Shown here in pieces: positions 31,996 to 42,083 of a stretch of 64,000 bases of DNA. A program made the position numbers and the translations under genes. Positions within the stretch are counted from its first letter, which is position 1, and each line of letters opens with the position of its first letter. The stretch comes from a bacterium. Its GTDB lineage: Bacteria > Patescibacteriota > Minisyncoccia > JBBINA01. The notes beneath the pieces were generated by a model. That model saw only the letters and a program-made list of their open reading frames with translations, did not search any database and was not told the origin of the DNA. Location: contig JBBINA010000002.1 of assembly GCA_037444125.1 (NCBI GenBank), forward strand, positions 6,272-70,271, given 5' to 3'.

Positions 31996-32466
31996 TTAAA
32001 AGGAGTCTACCTCCTCAATTTTTTCCAATTTATATCTTTGTTCTGCCCCATTTGCATCTATTTTTTTAATAGTCGCCAAAAAATTTCTCTGAACGCTCCC
32101 TGATATTCCTGTTGTTTTTATATACTTATTATCAAAACTGCTTTCAACAGGTAAAATTAAGCAAGTCATATCAGGTGATATAGCAATATTTTCATTGCCG
32201 ATGTAACTTATATTGTTTCTAAAATTAAGCAGAGCAATATCCATACACGAAACACCAGCATAATAACTTTTATGGTAAGCTATTTTCTCTGGCAGTAAAA
32301 GCATCGTAGATATCAAACTTTTCATTGTTGTTAGAAGTATGGCTGAAGAAATAGAAAAAATTATTATAATTGTAAGAAGTAATATTTGGCCAGAACTATA
32401 AAATGGTAAACTTATTTTTTTGTTCCAAATCATTATTTTACTGTTGGTCTTAAGATAAAATCCCAC
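31996..32466 (-). CDS. PilX/GspK-like minor pilin
   Basis: SGQILLLTIIII N-terminus without Glu5; SYYAGVSCMDIALL. Confidence 0.7.
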   Translation of the reverse strand: MGFYLKTNSKIMIWNKKISLPFYSSGQILLLTIIIIFSISSAILLTTMKSLISTMLLLPEKIAYHKSYYAGVSCMDIALLNFRNNISYIGNENIAISPDMTCLILPVESSFDNKYIKTTGISGSVQRNFLATIKKIDANGAEQRYKLEKIEEVDSF

Positions 32467-33554
32467 TTAATGAATTTCTTTGAATAAGAATCAATACGAA
32501 CTGCTGGTAAACTATCGTTTATTGACCCTGAACTTGAAAGAATAATCTTATCATTTGTTTCAGCGTTTATTACTTCTAAAGTACCCTCTAAGAGAACCAA
32601 CCCTCCAGACGACAACTGTATAACCGCTTCTTTATTGTTTTTTATTAAAATAATATTAAATCGACTATCTTGTTTAGGTAAATCCTCAGCTATAGCAAAA
32701 GCGCGAAAAGTTATCCCTTCATTATTAGTAATAAATAAAGAATTGGGAAAGCTTTGCTCTTCAAGCAATGAAGTTTTATAACCTTCGTAAACTAATATTT
32801 CATCTTTTTCTTTAACCGGCAATAAATTTTTAAGTGGGAATTCTCTAATTTCGCCAGCTTCACTACGGAAAATCTTACCTTCGCCAACAAAATTAGTAAT
32901 TCTAAAATCGCCCCTAGACATCTCTAAACTTTTCTCCTCATTAACTATTTGAAAATCATCCATATAAGCAAATTCTTCATCAATATACACTTTAACCTTC
33001 CAAACACCAATAAAACTTTTTTCATCCCGACCTTCACTCTTAAGTTCATTAAAGTTTAACATATCGCTTATCCAATAATAGATAAAGTGATCAATACCAG
33101 TTTCTAAAGGTGGCCTAGTTTTAACTGAATATTCTTTTATTAATAAACCAGATGGGTCATACCACTCCCACCTAACCAGATGCTGATCTTTGATGAAAAA
33201 TTGGCTATTGGTAATCCTCAGCCAGCTATAAATATACTTTGTCTTATTAATATTAAAGACATTAGCTCTACCAAGAGGCAAGCCGTTATCTGGATTTATT
33301 TTCGAGACAAAAGCATAATCCCAAACAACAATTTTTTCCACTGATTTTAAATTCGGCTTATTTTCTTGTTCGCTAGCTTTTGATTTTAAGGAAAAGTCAT
33401 TATAAAACTTTTTTGCCGCATAATAATATATAACTTTTATGCCAATAGCTAATAAAAAAGAGACTAAAGCCGCGCCCACAAACAATCTTGCAAGTATATC
33501 GCTTAAGGGAAATTTTTTCTTAACTTGACTTTTCTTTTTTCTTCTTTTTGTCAT
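32433..33554 (-). CDS. membrane-anchored beta-rich protein of unknown function within the pilin cluster
   Basis: Basic N-terminus plus TM; Ig-like VRWEWYDPSG...GVWKVKVYID domain. Confidence 0.6.
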   Translation of the reverse strand: MTKRRKKKSQVKKKFPLSDILARLFVGAALVSFLLAIGIKVIYYYAAKKFYNDFSLKSKASEQENKPNLKSVEKIVVWDYAFVSKINPDNGLPLGRANVFNINKTKYIYSWLRITNSQFFIKDQHLVRWEWYDPSGLLIKEYSVKTRPPLETGIDHFIYYWISDMLNFNELKSEGRDEKSFIGVWKVKVYIDEEFAYMDDFQIVNEEKSLEMSRGDFRITNFVGEGKIFRSEAGEIREFPLKNLLPVKEKDEILVYEGYKTSLLEEQSFPNSLFITNNEGITFRAFAIAEDLPKQDSRFNIILIKNNKEAVIQLSSGGLVLLEGTLEVINAETNDKIILSSSGSINDSLPAVRIDSYSKKFIKWDFILRPTVK

Positions 33555-33565
33555 ATAGATTTTGA

Positions 33566-35374
33566 TTACATCTTTTTGTAATATGCGTTTTTAACCATTA
33601 CGCCTCCGGCAAAATAATGGCCTAAGTCAGTTTTGAGAGTATATGTTCTCACCCATATCTTCCTCTTAGATATCTGTGTAACCTTTTGAAGCACTAGCTT
33701 GCTATTTTCGCTATCTAAGATTGTCAAAAAATCACCTACTTTAATATCCCGCGCAGGCAGCCAAGCATCATTAACCCAAACTAAATGATTACCGGTTAAC
33801 TCAAGATCAAAACTATCTCCTTTAAGTCGATAAATAGTTAAGCTTGAGGGTTCTTTTGACCAAACGGCCTCTACTGTTTGATTAATAATATGCCCTTCTT
33901 TAAAGCCATAGATTGTATCTTTAGACCTTATATCTTCTATTTTCTTACCCGACCCTGAAATTATAGTGTATCCAATTACGCTTCCCCCTCCACCACCACT
34001 TCCTGGAGGCGGTGGTTCATCAGAAGGTGGCGGTTCTTCTATGTCGCTACAACGTATACCAATACATTCGCATCGAATAAATGGTCGACATAAACAATCT
34101 TCGCCAATACATTGGTCAATAAATACTCTAACTTCTACCTGCCTACTGATTTCGCTATTATCCCCATAACAAGTTAAATTATAAGTTGTAGTATACAATG
34201 GACTTACTTGCTGTGAACCCATAACAGGCTTATTGCCGCTCCATCCTCCTGAAGCAACACAAAAATTAGTATTAGACGACGACCAAATTAAAGTAGAACT
34301 TTCTCCCTTTTGAATACTAGTTGGATCAGCGCTAAATGTTAATGTAGGTGGTAGAGGATTAATTTTAATCTGGCAGCTGGTGGAAACAGTTTGCGTGCCA
34401 GAACTTACTTGCACTGTAGCTGTGTAATTCCCTGAGCTTGAAAATGATTTAGTGCAGGACGAATTACTTCCTGTGCAAGCTCCTGACCAGGAATAAGTAT
34501 AAGTTCCTGTTCCTCCTGAAGCTGAGGCAGTAAAGGTAACTGGTTGATTGACTAGGGCAGGATTGGGTGAAGCAGAACAAGAAACGCTGAGTCTAGGGAT
34601 AACCCTTACTACCACTGATTCAACACTGCTGCCGCCTTCTCCAGCGCAAGATAAAATATAGGTTGTAGTCAGAGTAGGTTTAATTATTTGTGTTCCGCTT
34701 GTATTTTGAGCTTCCTTCCAGCCTCCGGAAGCACTACAGCTATCAGCATATTGCGTTGACCAAACCAGAATAGAACTGTCGCCTTCCACAATAACATCAG
34801 GGCTAGCTGAAAAAGTGATTACAGGCGGCGGGACTAAAACAATAATAGTTTCATCTTCCGGGAAACTACTATAAGTCTGAGAAGATTCAACAGACTTATT
34901 GTCTTTTTTGAAAGTAATTTTCAAATCTATTTTAATATCTTTACTGCCGGGATCATTAGAAATATTAGTAAAATTTAGCGACTCAACCAGAAAATAATTT
35001 GCATTTATTTTTTTCCTCACATAACTTTGACCTGCTCCTTCTTCAAGATATAAATCATTATTAACCGTGGAAAAAATAGTTGGGTCGCGCACTGATTCAC
35101 TATATCTTAATATTAACCTGTTACTTGTGCTAGCTGGAAGCGGCTCCAAAACAAAATCTGCCTCTTTAATTTTATTTTCAATAAGATTATAAATTGATTC
35201 AAGATCATCGGATAACTCCTTCTCTATCCTAATATCATGCGCCTTGGGAAAAAATGTCAAAAACGAACCTATGACGCTTACAGCAATAATTGAAAAAATA
35301 CCAAGCGCAATACTCACTTCCATTATAGTAAAACCGTTTGTTTTCAGTTTGCAATAATCTCTGTCTTTCATCAT
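33566..35374 (-). CDS. PilW-like minor pilin fused to Ig/PKD domains and a C-terminal Hint domain
   Basis: Class III signal G|FTIME; Ig-like and PKD domains; Hint motifs KKIEDI, LTGNHLVW, WLPARDIKVGD, HYFAGGVMVKN. Confidence 0.82.
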   Translation of the reverse strand: MMKDRDYCKLKTNGFTIMEVSIALGIFSIIAVSVIGSFLTFFPKAHDIRIEKELSDDLESIYNLIENKIKEADFVLEPLPASTSNRLILRYSESVRDPTIFSTVNNDLYLEEGAGQSYVRKKINANYFLVESLNFTNISNDPGSKDIKIDLKITFKKDNKSVESSQTYSSFPEDETIIVLVPPPVITFSASPDVIVEGDSSILVWSTQYADSCSASGGWKEAQNTSGTQIIKPTLTTTYILSCAGEGGSSVESVVVRVIPRLSVSCSASPNPALVNQPVTFTASASGGTGTYTYSWSGACTGSNSSCTKSFSSSGNYTATVQVSSGTQTVSTSCQIKINPLPPTLTFSADPTSIQKGESSTLIWSSSNTNFCVASGGWSGNKPVMGSQQVSPLYTTTYNLTCYGDNSEISRQVEVRVFIDQCIGEDCLCRPFIRCECIGIRCSDIEEPPPSDEPPPPGSGGGGGSVIGYTIISGSGKKIEDIRSKDTIYGFKEGHIINQTVEAVWSKEPSSLTIYRLKGDSFDLELTGNHLVWVNDAWLPARDIKVGDFLTILDSENSKLVLQKVTQISKRKIWVRTYTLKTDLGHYFAGGVMVKNAYYKKM

Positions 35375-35493
35375 AAATAAAAACCAAAACCCATCTATTT
35401 TTTATATTATAATTATTATAAATAATTAAAGTTTGTTTTAAAGACATTTTAAAACCATTCATAACTACCGTCGCTTTCTAAAACAATTTTCAT

Positions 35494-35943
35494 CTAATCT
35501 TCGCTCAACTTAGCAATATACAAACTCACAGTTGATTTAGGTTTTATTCCAGAAACAAAGTCTTCTTTCGTATAAATATTGATAATCACTTTTTTTAAAT
35601 CCTTTTTTTCATCTTCAATAATCACTTCTTTAATAAAATATTTATCGTCCTGTTCTAAACTAAAAGGTACAAGAACCCAATCTTTCAATAAATGGTCAAA
35701 CCTAAGATAATATCTTCCGGCGACAAGGTTATCAAATGATTTTTTCCTTAATGAAAGAATGGCCTCAGCGTTTTGTCTGAGTTCAATTGATACCAAAAAA
35801 TTTTTATAATTAATAGCGCTACTAACGCCTACTTCAATTAAAAAATAAATTATTAAAAACGAAAAAGCGGTTAAAATACCAACTGCGATTAATATTTCAA
35901 TAAGAGAAAAGCCATTTTTTCTATTAAACATTCTATTAAGCAT
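35494..35943 (-). CDS. prepilin-type minor pilin (PilV-like)
   Basis: G|FSLIEILIAVGIL. Confidence 0.85.
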   Translation of the reverse strand: MLNRMFNRKNGFSLIEILIAVGILTAFSFLIIYFLIEVGVSSAINYKNFLVSIELRQNAEAILSLRKKSFDNLVAGRYYLRFDHLLKDWVLVPFSLEQDDKYFIKEVIIEDEKKDLKKVIINIYTKEDFVSGIKPKSTVSLYIAKLSED

Positions 35944-35944
35944 A

Positions 35945-36403
35945 TCATTGGATATAATTGGTTAAACCAAGATGATTAATCTGAATTTTTTTTGTTTTAT
36001 CACCAAAAACTATAATAAACTCCACCTGATCATAATCTTTAAGATAACCTGTGCGTCTTTCAAACACAAATTCAGTTATACTACCAACAATCTTTATTGA
36101 AGAAGGAATGACAAACTTCTCATCTTTAGCTGAGTTTCTCGATAAATAACTTTGTCCCTCAAAAATATAGTATTCGCCATCAAAAATTTTTATACCATAT
36201 TCAGTATTGCGATAAATCGCATACGATCGTGCCTTATTAAGCTGAATAGAGAAATCTTGCACAAAACTATCAAGGTTCTGACTTCTATAGAAATTAACCG
36301 ATGTTAGAAACAAGATGCCAATTAAACTAGACAAAATAAACATGACTATAGCCATTTCTATTAATGAAAACCCCCCAATCTCTCTCATACTATTATTCAA
36401 CAT
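35945..36403 (-). CDS. prepilin-type minor pilin (FimU/GspH-like)
   Basis: G|FSLIEMAIV; LNKARSYAI; FERRTG. Confidence 0.85.
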   Translation of the reverse strand: MLNNSMREIGGFSLIEMAIVMFILSSLIGILFLTSVNFYRSQNLDSFVQDFSIQLNKARSYAIYRNTEYGIKIFDGEYYIFEGQSYLSRNSAKDEKFVIPSSIKIVGSITEFVFERRTGYLKDYDQVEFIIVFGDKTKKIQINHLGLTNYIQ

Positions 36404-37463
36404 TAAGTACTTGGATAAACCGTAAAATCGGCAAAAGCACAGAAAAAGCTAAAAACAAAACCACTCCTCCCGTAAACATCAACATAAATGGTTCAAGTAA
36501 ATTGGTAACTTTTAATATAAAATCTTTGATTTCGCCTTCATAAAATTCACCTAGATACCTAAAGGAATTTTTTAAATTACCAGTCTCCTCGCCAATTTTT
36601 ATAACCTCAACCGCTAGTTCATCAAAAAAAAATGTGTTTGCTTCTTTTAATGATTCGGACAAATACTTTCCGCCCACAACTTTATGATTAATCTCGTCCA
36701 AAATATTTCGAAAATACAAATTAGCACTATTCTCTTCTATTACCCTTAATCCCACATTCAAGCTCAAACCACTCTTTAAAGTAATGGCAAGATTGTTATA
36801 AAAAATTGACAAAACGGTATTTTTCAAAAAGTTACCGACAATAGGCAGTTTAAAAACAAAACGATGAACTAAAAATCTAAACTTAAGGACAGTAGCATAA
36901 AGAAAATAAAATATGGCGCTTAAAACAAAAATGCCGATGATAAAAGAAAAAACAAGAAAAGGCGAACTTAAAATCCTGCCCAAGGCAAGCAAAATTCTAG
37001 TTTGCATTGGCAGCTCCATTGGAAATTGCTGAAAAACGCTAAGCAGTTTTGGGAAAACATAAAAAATAATAAATAAACAAATCGCTAAAACTAGCCCCAG
37101 AACCAACAAGGGATATGTCATAGCATTAATAATCTCCTTTTCCAACTTCAGATTTTTCTCGTAATACTTCTTTAATATCTCTAGACCATCCTCTAGCTTG
37201 CCTGAAGACTCGGCAATTCTGATAATATTAATAAACATCTTATCAAACAATTTGGGAAATTTAGCAAAAGAATTAGCTAAAGTATTACCTCGTTTAATCG
37301 AAATAGAGATTTCCCCCAATTCATTATTAATACTGTTGATATATCTTTGTTTTGTTAAAAAATCAAAAGCCATCAAAATAGAAACGCCTGATTTAAGCAA
37401 AAGCATAAGGTTATGAACCAAAAAAATCTTTTTCTCAAAATTAATTTTTGGCCTAAACAACAT
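36393..37463 (-). CDS. pilC: type IV pilus platform protein PilC/GspF
   Basis: LLKSGV, AESSGKL, AMTYP, GEETGNL, LLEP. Confidence 0.92.
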   Translation of the reverse strand: MLFRPKINFEKKIFLVHNLMLLLKSGVSILMAFDFLTKQRYINSINNELGEISISIKRGNTLANSFAKFPKLFDKMFINIIRIAESSGKLEDGLEILKKYYEKNLKLEKEIINAMTYPLLVLGLVLAICLFIIFYVFPKLLSVFQQFPMELPMQTRILLALGRILSSPFLVFSFIIGIFVLSAIFYFLYATVLKFRFLVHRFVFKLPIVGNFLKNTVLSIFYNNLAITLKSGLSLNVGLRVIEENSANLYFRNILDEINHKVVGGKYLSESLKEANTFFFDELAVEVIKIGEETGNLKNSFRYLGEFYEGEIKDFILKVTNLLEPFMLMFTGGVVLFLAFSVLLPILRFIQVLNVE

Positions 37464-37466
37464 ATT

Positions 37467-39176
37467 TTATTCAAGAGTAAGTCTGATAACCTCTTCGAAA
37501 GTAGTAATACCCTGCTTAATCTTCTTCGCTGCATCATCTAACATAGTTTGCATCCCGTTTTTATTTATAGCTATTTTATTGATTTCGTCAGAATTGGCTC
37601 TTTTCATAATTAAAGATCGTATTAAATCATTTGTTTCCAAAAGCTCAAAAACGCCGGTTCTACCATAATAACCAGTGAATGAACATTTTTGACAACCCTC
37701 GCCCCGATATATGTATTTAATCTTGTTGCGGATAAGCTTTTCAAGAATTTTTTTAGACAACCCGCTTAAATATTTGTATTTCTTTTTATAGATTGAAATC
37801 TGGCTTTCTTTCTTGCATCTATCACAAATTTTCCTAACAAGCCTTTGACCAATTACTAAATTTATTGATGAAGCAATTAAAAATGGCTCAACGCCAAAAT
37901 CTAATAAGCGAACAAACGATGAGGCAGCATTATTTGTATGAAGCGTAGAAAGCACCAAATGGCCAGTTAACGAAGCATTAATGGAGATAAATGCTGTATC
38001 ACGGTCCCGTATCTCGCCCACCATAATAATATTCGGGTCTTGCCTTAAAATCGAACGAAGCCCTTTTGCAAAAGTAAGATTAACGGTTTCGTTTACCTCT
38101 ATTTGGTTAACCATAGAAATTGTATATTCAATTGGATCTTCTATGGTCATAATATTTACATTTTCATTATTAAGTCGTCTGGCTATACCATATAAAGTGG
38201 TTGTCTTGCCCGAACCTGTGGGTCCTGTCGATAAAATCATACCATAAGATTTAGTAATGTTTCTTTCTATTATTTCCAATTTAGATTTATCTAGTCCCAT
38301 ATTATCTAAACTCAATCCCTCTTTCTCCTCTTTTAAAATTCTAAAAACTATCTTCTCGCCATAATAAACAGGTATAATCGATACTCGTATATCAAAATTT
38401 TCTTCTCCAAACTTATAACGAAACTTTCCGTCTTGAGGCCTTAAATGCTCATCAATACGCATCTTTGATAATATTTTTACACGCATCAGTAATAATTTAA
38501 GAGCGTACAAAGGAATTTCAAAAATTTTATGCAGTAAACCGTCAATCCTGAATCTTAAATAAGCAGAGTTTTCCTGAGGTTCAATATGCAAATCTGAGGC
38601 TCTAGCCTGAATGGAATATTTAATCAAATTGTTTAAAAGGCTTATAATAGTATCGTCAGGTATATTTTCCTCTTTGGTTTCTTTTATTTTATCTATATTA
38701 GAATGAATTAACTCGTATATGGAAAAACCTGCTCCAGCAACTGAACTTACAACTCTAACTTTAGCACTTGAATCATCGATAAACTTCTTTAAAAATTTCT
38801 CAATATAAGCAGTAGGTGCATAATACATTCTCACATTTTTATTTATTTTGGCTTTAATCAGTTCAGCCAAAAGCTCGTTATTTGGTTTACTTGTAATTAT
38901 CTTCACTGTTTCATCCTCAATATCAATAGGAATTATCTTTCTGTATTTTAAAAACTCTATAGGAAAAAGTTCAAGAACTTCCTGTTTAATAAATTTAATC
39001 GTTTCAGGATCAATATAGTTAATAGAAAATGCGCTCCGAGCAATAAAATCTAAAAGGCGAAAGTCGATTTGCTTTTTGGCTCGTTCAATTATTTTATCTA
39101 ATAACTCAGGCTTTCTTGAAAATATTGCAGACTCTCTAGCAATTTTATCTTTTTCCTCAGTAGTTAAATCTGACAA
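37467..39176 (-). CDS. pilB: type IV pilus assembly ATPase PilB/GspE
   Basis: ASDLHIEP, GPTGSGKTTT, TIEDPIE, LRQDPNIIMVGEIRD, TGHLVLSTLHTN, two CxxC pairs. Confidence 0.93.
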   Translation of the reverse strand: MSDLTTEEKDKIARESAIFSRKPELLDKIIERAKKQIDFRLLDFIARSAFSINYIDPETIKFIKQEVLELFPIEFLKYRKIIPIDIEDETVKIITSKPNNELLAELIKAKINKNVRMYYAPTAYIEKFLKKFIDDSSAKVRVVSSVAGAGFSIYELIHSNIDKIKETKEENIPDDTIISLLNNLIKYSIQARASDLHIEPQENSAYLRFRIDGLLHKIFEIPLYALKLLLMRVKILSKMRIDEHLRPQDGKFRYKFGEENFDIRVSIIPVYYGEKIVFRILKEEKEGLSLDNMGLDKSKLEIIERNITKSYGMILSTGPTGSGKTTTLYGIARRLNNENVNIMTIEDPIEYTISMVNQIEVNETVNLTFAKGLRSILRQDPNIIMVGEIRDRDTAFISINASLTGHLVLSTLHTNNAASSFVRLLDFGVEPFLIASSINLVIGQRLVRKICDRCKKESQISIYKKKYKYLSGLSKKILEKLIRNKIKYIYRGEGCQKCSFTGYYGRTGVFELLETNDLIRSLIMKRANSDEINKIAINKNGMQTMLDDAAKKIKQGITTFEEVIRLTLE

Positions 39177-39272
39177 TAACCTGCCGCTCTTAACTATTTT
39201 TTCGATAAAGCTGTTTTTTTATTTTTTATCCTTTTTGTCCATAGTAAAATTATAAAAACAAAAAAATGAAAA

Positions 39273-41135
39273 TCAACTTTTGGCAATTTCTCTACCCTCT
39301 ATCTTGCTGGCTAGCTTTAACAACATACTTGCTGACCACAATTGAATAGGCGAACCATTGGGATTAAAAGTTCCGGCATCGGAAAGTTCACTTGAAAAAG
39401 CTAAACCATTAAACCAGAAAAAATCACTTACAAGCTTCTTATATATTGTTAGGGCTTTAGCAATATATTTTTTAAAATCCAACAAGCAAAAAGCAGTAAT
39501 AGCATTTAAAAAAAACCAGCTGTCCCCATTATGATAACTCAAGGGGTTTTCGCCTGTATGGCAGGATTGATAAGAAAGACTACTTCTTGCCACGCTTGCT
39601 AATCCTCCCCAATCAAGCCAAAGATTTTCTAATGTTTTATCTATGACTCTCTGCCAATCAACCTTGCTCAGTAGATCAGGAAAAAAATAATAAGCCAAAA
39701 AAATATTGGGTCTAATTTCAGTAAAATAATTGGCTCTATCGGCTAATACCAAACCATTCCAAAATGTTTTTAGAATATGTTCCTGACGGACCCTTAACAT
39801 CTTAAACCACTTAGGATTTTTACTTAGTCTACCAGCTTGTTTTAACAAAGCCAAAATCAAGGCCTCAATTTCAATTAGGGATCCGTTTCTCTCCTTAAGA
39901 GAATCCATCCACTGCGAATAAGCTGACACAGAAGAAAGAGAAAGTATATTGCCCTTCAAATTACCATCAATAAATTTTTTTAACCACTTGAAGAATATTT
40001 CTAATGCAAGCTCTTTTAAATTGCCATCAATCTTATTCCGCGAACCAAATGTCTCTAGTATTTTTAGGAAAAAAATTAATGTGCCATCGTAGCTTGGCGC
40101 CTCAGAAAAAGTTAAATCTAGATTAAAATAATTAGGCAAAAATGTATTCCTCTCGACAAAATCCAAACGCCATTTAAGAAAGTCGCAAAGCTCTTTTTTT
40201 GATAGAACTTTTAATAAAACATCAAGAGAAATAGCTTCATCGCGCAGCCAAAACTGAGTAAACCATGGTAAACCAGCATAAAAAAAGGGTATACCGCCAA
40301 CCATTACTTTGAGGCGCGATATTGATTCCTTAATCTCTTGCTCCAAAAAAGAATAGCTAATATCGTCAACACTAACATTGATAGGCTTAAGGGTAAGCGT
40401 TTGAACAAAAGATGCGTCTTTGTCAACCTCCATATTCTTTATCAACTGATTTAAATTTTTCTCCGCTGTTATTAAAAATCCTTTGGAAACAAAAGCAATT
40501 TTCTTACAAGTATATAAAGTATCAGGAAACGAGCGCCGATGCCAATCATATAAATATTCCCTCCTTACCCATTCATCAAAGATCTCAATATCTCCCAAAA
40601 AATCTCCAGTTATTGCTTTTATGCCAATAAACAAAGTATAGCTATTAGCATTTTGCGTATAATCATACTTTAAAATAATTGATTGGGTATTTTTGCTTAT
40701 AATCTCAAAATGTCTACCAAATTCTGGATATTCAAAAATTCTTCTAGGATCTAAAAAAAGCGTTTGCTTTTTCCTAACCGACAAACAATAAATGAACGCG
40801 TTCTCGCTGGTAATGAATTTAAAACCCTCATTAACCTCTTTATACAGCCTCCCACCTATATTGCCAAAAACATTAAGCAAACCTATGGGTCTAGTATTTT
40901 CGATTTCAATATCCTCTAAAATCTTAAAAAGTTTCCCATCTAAATTAAAATAAAGACCCTGAAAACGAGTAGCAAAATTATCACTCTCTAAAAAAAATCC
41001 ACCAATACCATTACTTACGCATATAAAACGATTACCACTATTACTATCAACTTCTTTAGTTATCAGTCTATTTTTATACAGATGTGCAAGAATCATAATA
41101 TTACTTAACCTCATATTACTTAACCTCCTTCGCAA
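39273..41135 (-). CDS. amylo-alpha-1,6-glucosidase (glycogen debranching, GDE_C-like)
   Basis: AGLPWFTQFWLRDE, WMDS, IRPNIF, SYHNGDSW, QLWS. Confidence 0.85.
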   Translation of the reverse strand: MRRRLSNMRLSNIMILAHLYKNRLITKEVDSNSGNRFICVSNGIGGFFLESDNFATRFQGLYFNLDGKLFKILEDIEIENTRPIGLLNVFGNIGGRLYKEVNEGFKFITSENAFIYCLSVRKKQTLFLDPRRIFEYPEFGRHFEIISKNTQSIILKYDYTQNANSYTLFIGIKAITGDFLGDIEIFDEWVRREYLYDWHRRSFPDTLYTCKKIAFVSKGFLITAEKNLNQLIKNMEVDKDASFVQTLTLKPINVSVDDISYSFLEQEIKESISRLKVMVGGIPFFYAGLPWFTQFWLRDEAISLDVLLKVLSKKELCDFLKWRLDFVERNTFLPNYFNLDLTFSEAPSYDGTLIFFLKILETFGSRNKIDGNLKELALEIFFKWLKKFIDGNLKGNILSLSSVSAYSQWMDSLKERNGSLIEIEALILALLKQAGRLSKNPKWFKMLRVRQEHILKTFWNGLVLADRANYFTEIRPNIFLAYYFFPDLLSKVDWQRVIDKTLENLWLDWGGLASVARSSLSYQSCHTGENPLSYHNGDSWFFLNAITAFCLLDFKKYIAKALTIYKKLVSDFFWFNGLAFSSELSDAGTFNPNGSPIQLWSASMLLKLASKIEGREIAKS

Positions 41136-42019
41136 GATAAAAAAAATCGCGTCGCCTCCTCAGGAGATACGCTAATAATATATTCGTCGGTACCCAATTC
41201 ATAAGCGCCGTGAATATTGATTCTAGGTATAACCTTTAGATGAAAATGCAAATAATCATCAGAGGAAAACACATTATGAAAATAAATATTATAGGCACAA
41301 TCTAGTTTTTTAAGACCTTTTAATAAAAAATACAGGTGAGACGATAACTCTCTAAGTTCTGTTTCATTTAAAGCAATAAAGGATAAATTGTGATGCCTAG
41401 ACATAACAATAGTTTCATAATTAAATCGCGGGGCATAAACAGTTAAAGTGACAAAATTGTCGGTTGTTTTTATATTTCTTTGTGAGTCAAGTTCATTATT
41501 TAAAAGCTCACAATAATGACAAATGCCATTTTCATATGCTTTTTTCGTTTCAAAAATAAGTTTATCCGGTTTAAATTGCATAACAAGCAGTTGGCTATGC
41601 GAATGAGCAATAGATGCGCCCGCTTCTTTACCACGATTTTTAAAAAGAAAAATATAAACCGGCTTAAACTCAGATTTGAGAAATCGACATGAGTCCTGCC
41701 AAAAAAGAATAATTTGCAAAAGCTCATCTTGAGAAAAATCCCAAAACTCTTTACTATGAATAGGCGTCTCAATAATAACAAAATGATCTCCCAAACTCCC
41801 GCTTATAAAAGGATATTTATTCAAAATTAGCCGTTGGTGCCAGTAATATTTAGACCCTTTGCTCAAATACTCCTGGGTAGTCAAGTGTTCTTCGCCGGGG
41901 CAAAAAACACAAGATAACCCTTGACTTTGTTTGTTGTCATCATAATATTGAGGGCGTTTAGAACGCGCTTCTACGATTATACTTTTATGCCCTAAAATTT
42001 TATCTCGCCGCACCTCCAT
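41120..42019 (-). CDS. GalT-family nucleotidyltransferase
   Basis: RSKRP, CVFCPG, NKYP, GASIAHSHSQ. Confidence 0.88.
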   Translation of the reverse strand: MEVRRDKILGHKSIIVEARSKRPQYYDDNKQSQGLSCVFCPGEEHLTTQEYLSKGSKYYWHQRLILNKYPFISGSLGDHFVIIETPIHSKEFWDFSQDELLQIILFWQDSCRFLKSEFKPVYIFLFKNRGKEAGASIAHSHSQLLVMQFKPDKLIFETKKAYENGICHYCELLNNELDSQRNIKTTDNFVTLTVYAPRFNYETIVMSRHHNLSFIALNETELRELSSHLYFLLKGLKKLDCAYNIYFHNVFSSDDYLHFHLKVIPRINIHGAYELGTDEYIISVSPEEATRFFLSCEGG

Positions 42020-42083
42020 ATATAATAAAACAAAATTAACGATTTATTACTTCTATGTCAAAATTTTATAAAATTAATTTAAA

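Noticed and set aside
33587-33982. Canonical intein or polymorphic toxin
   Set aside because: The +1 residue is Ala and only 6 aa follow, so there is no splicing acceptor and no toxin domain.
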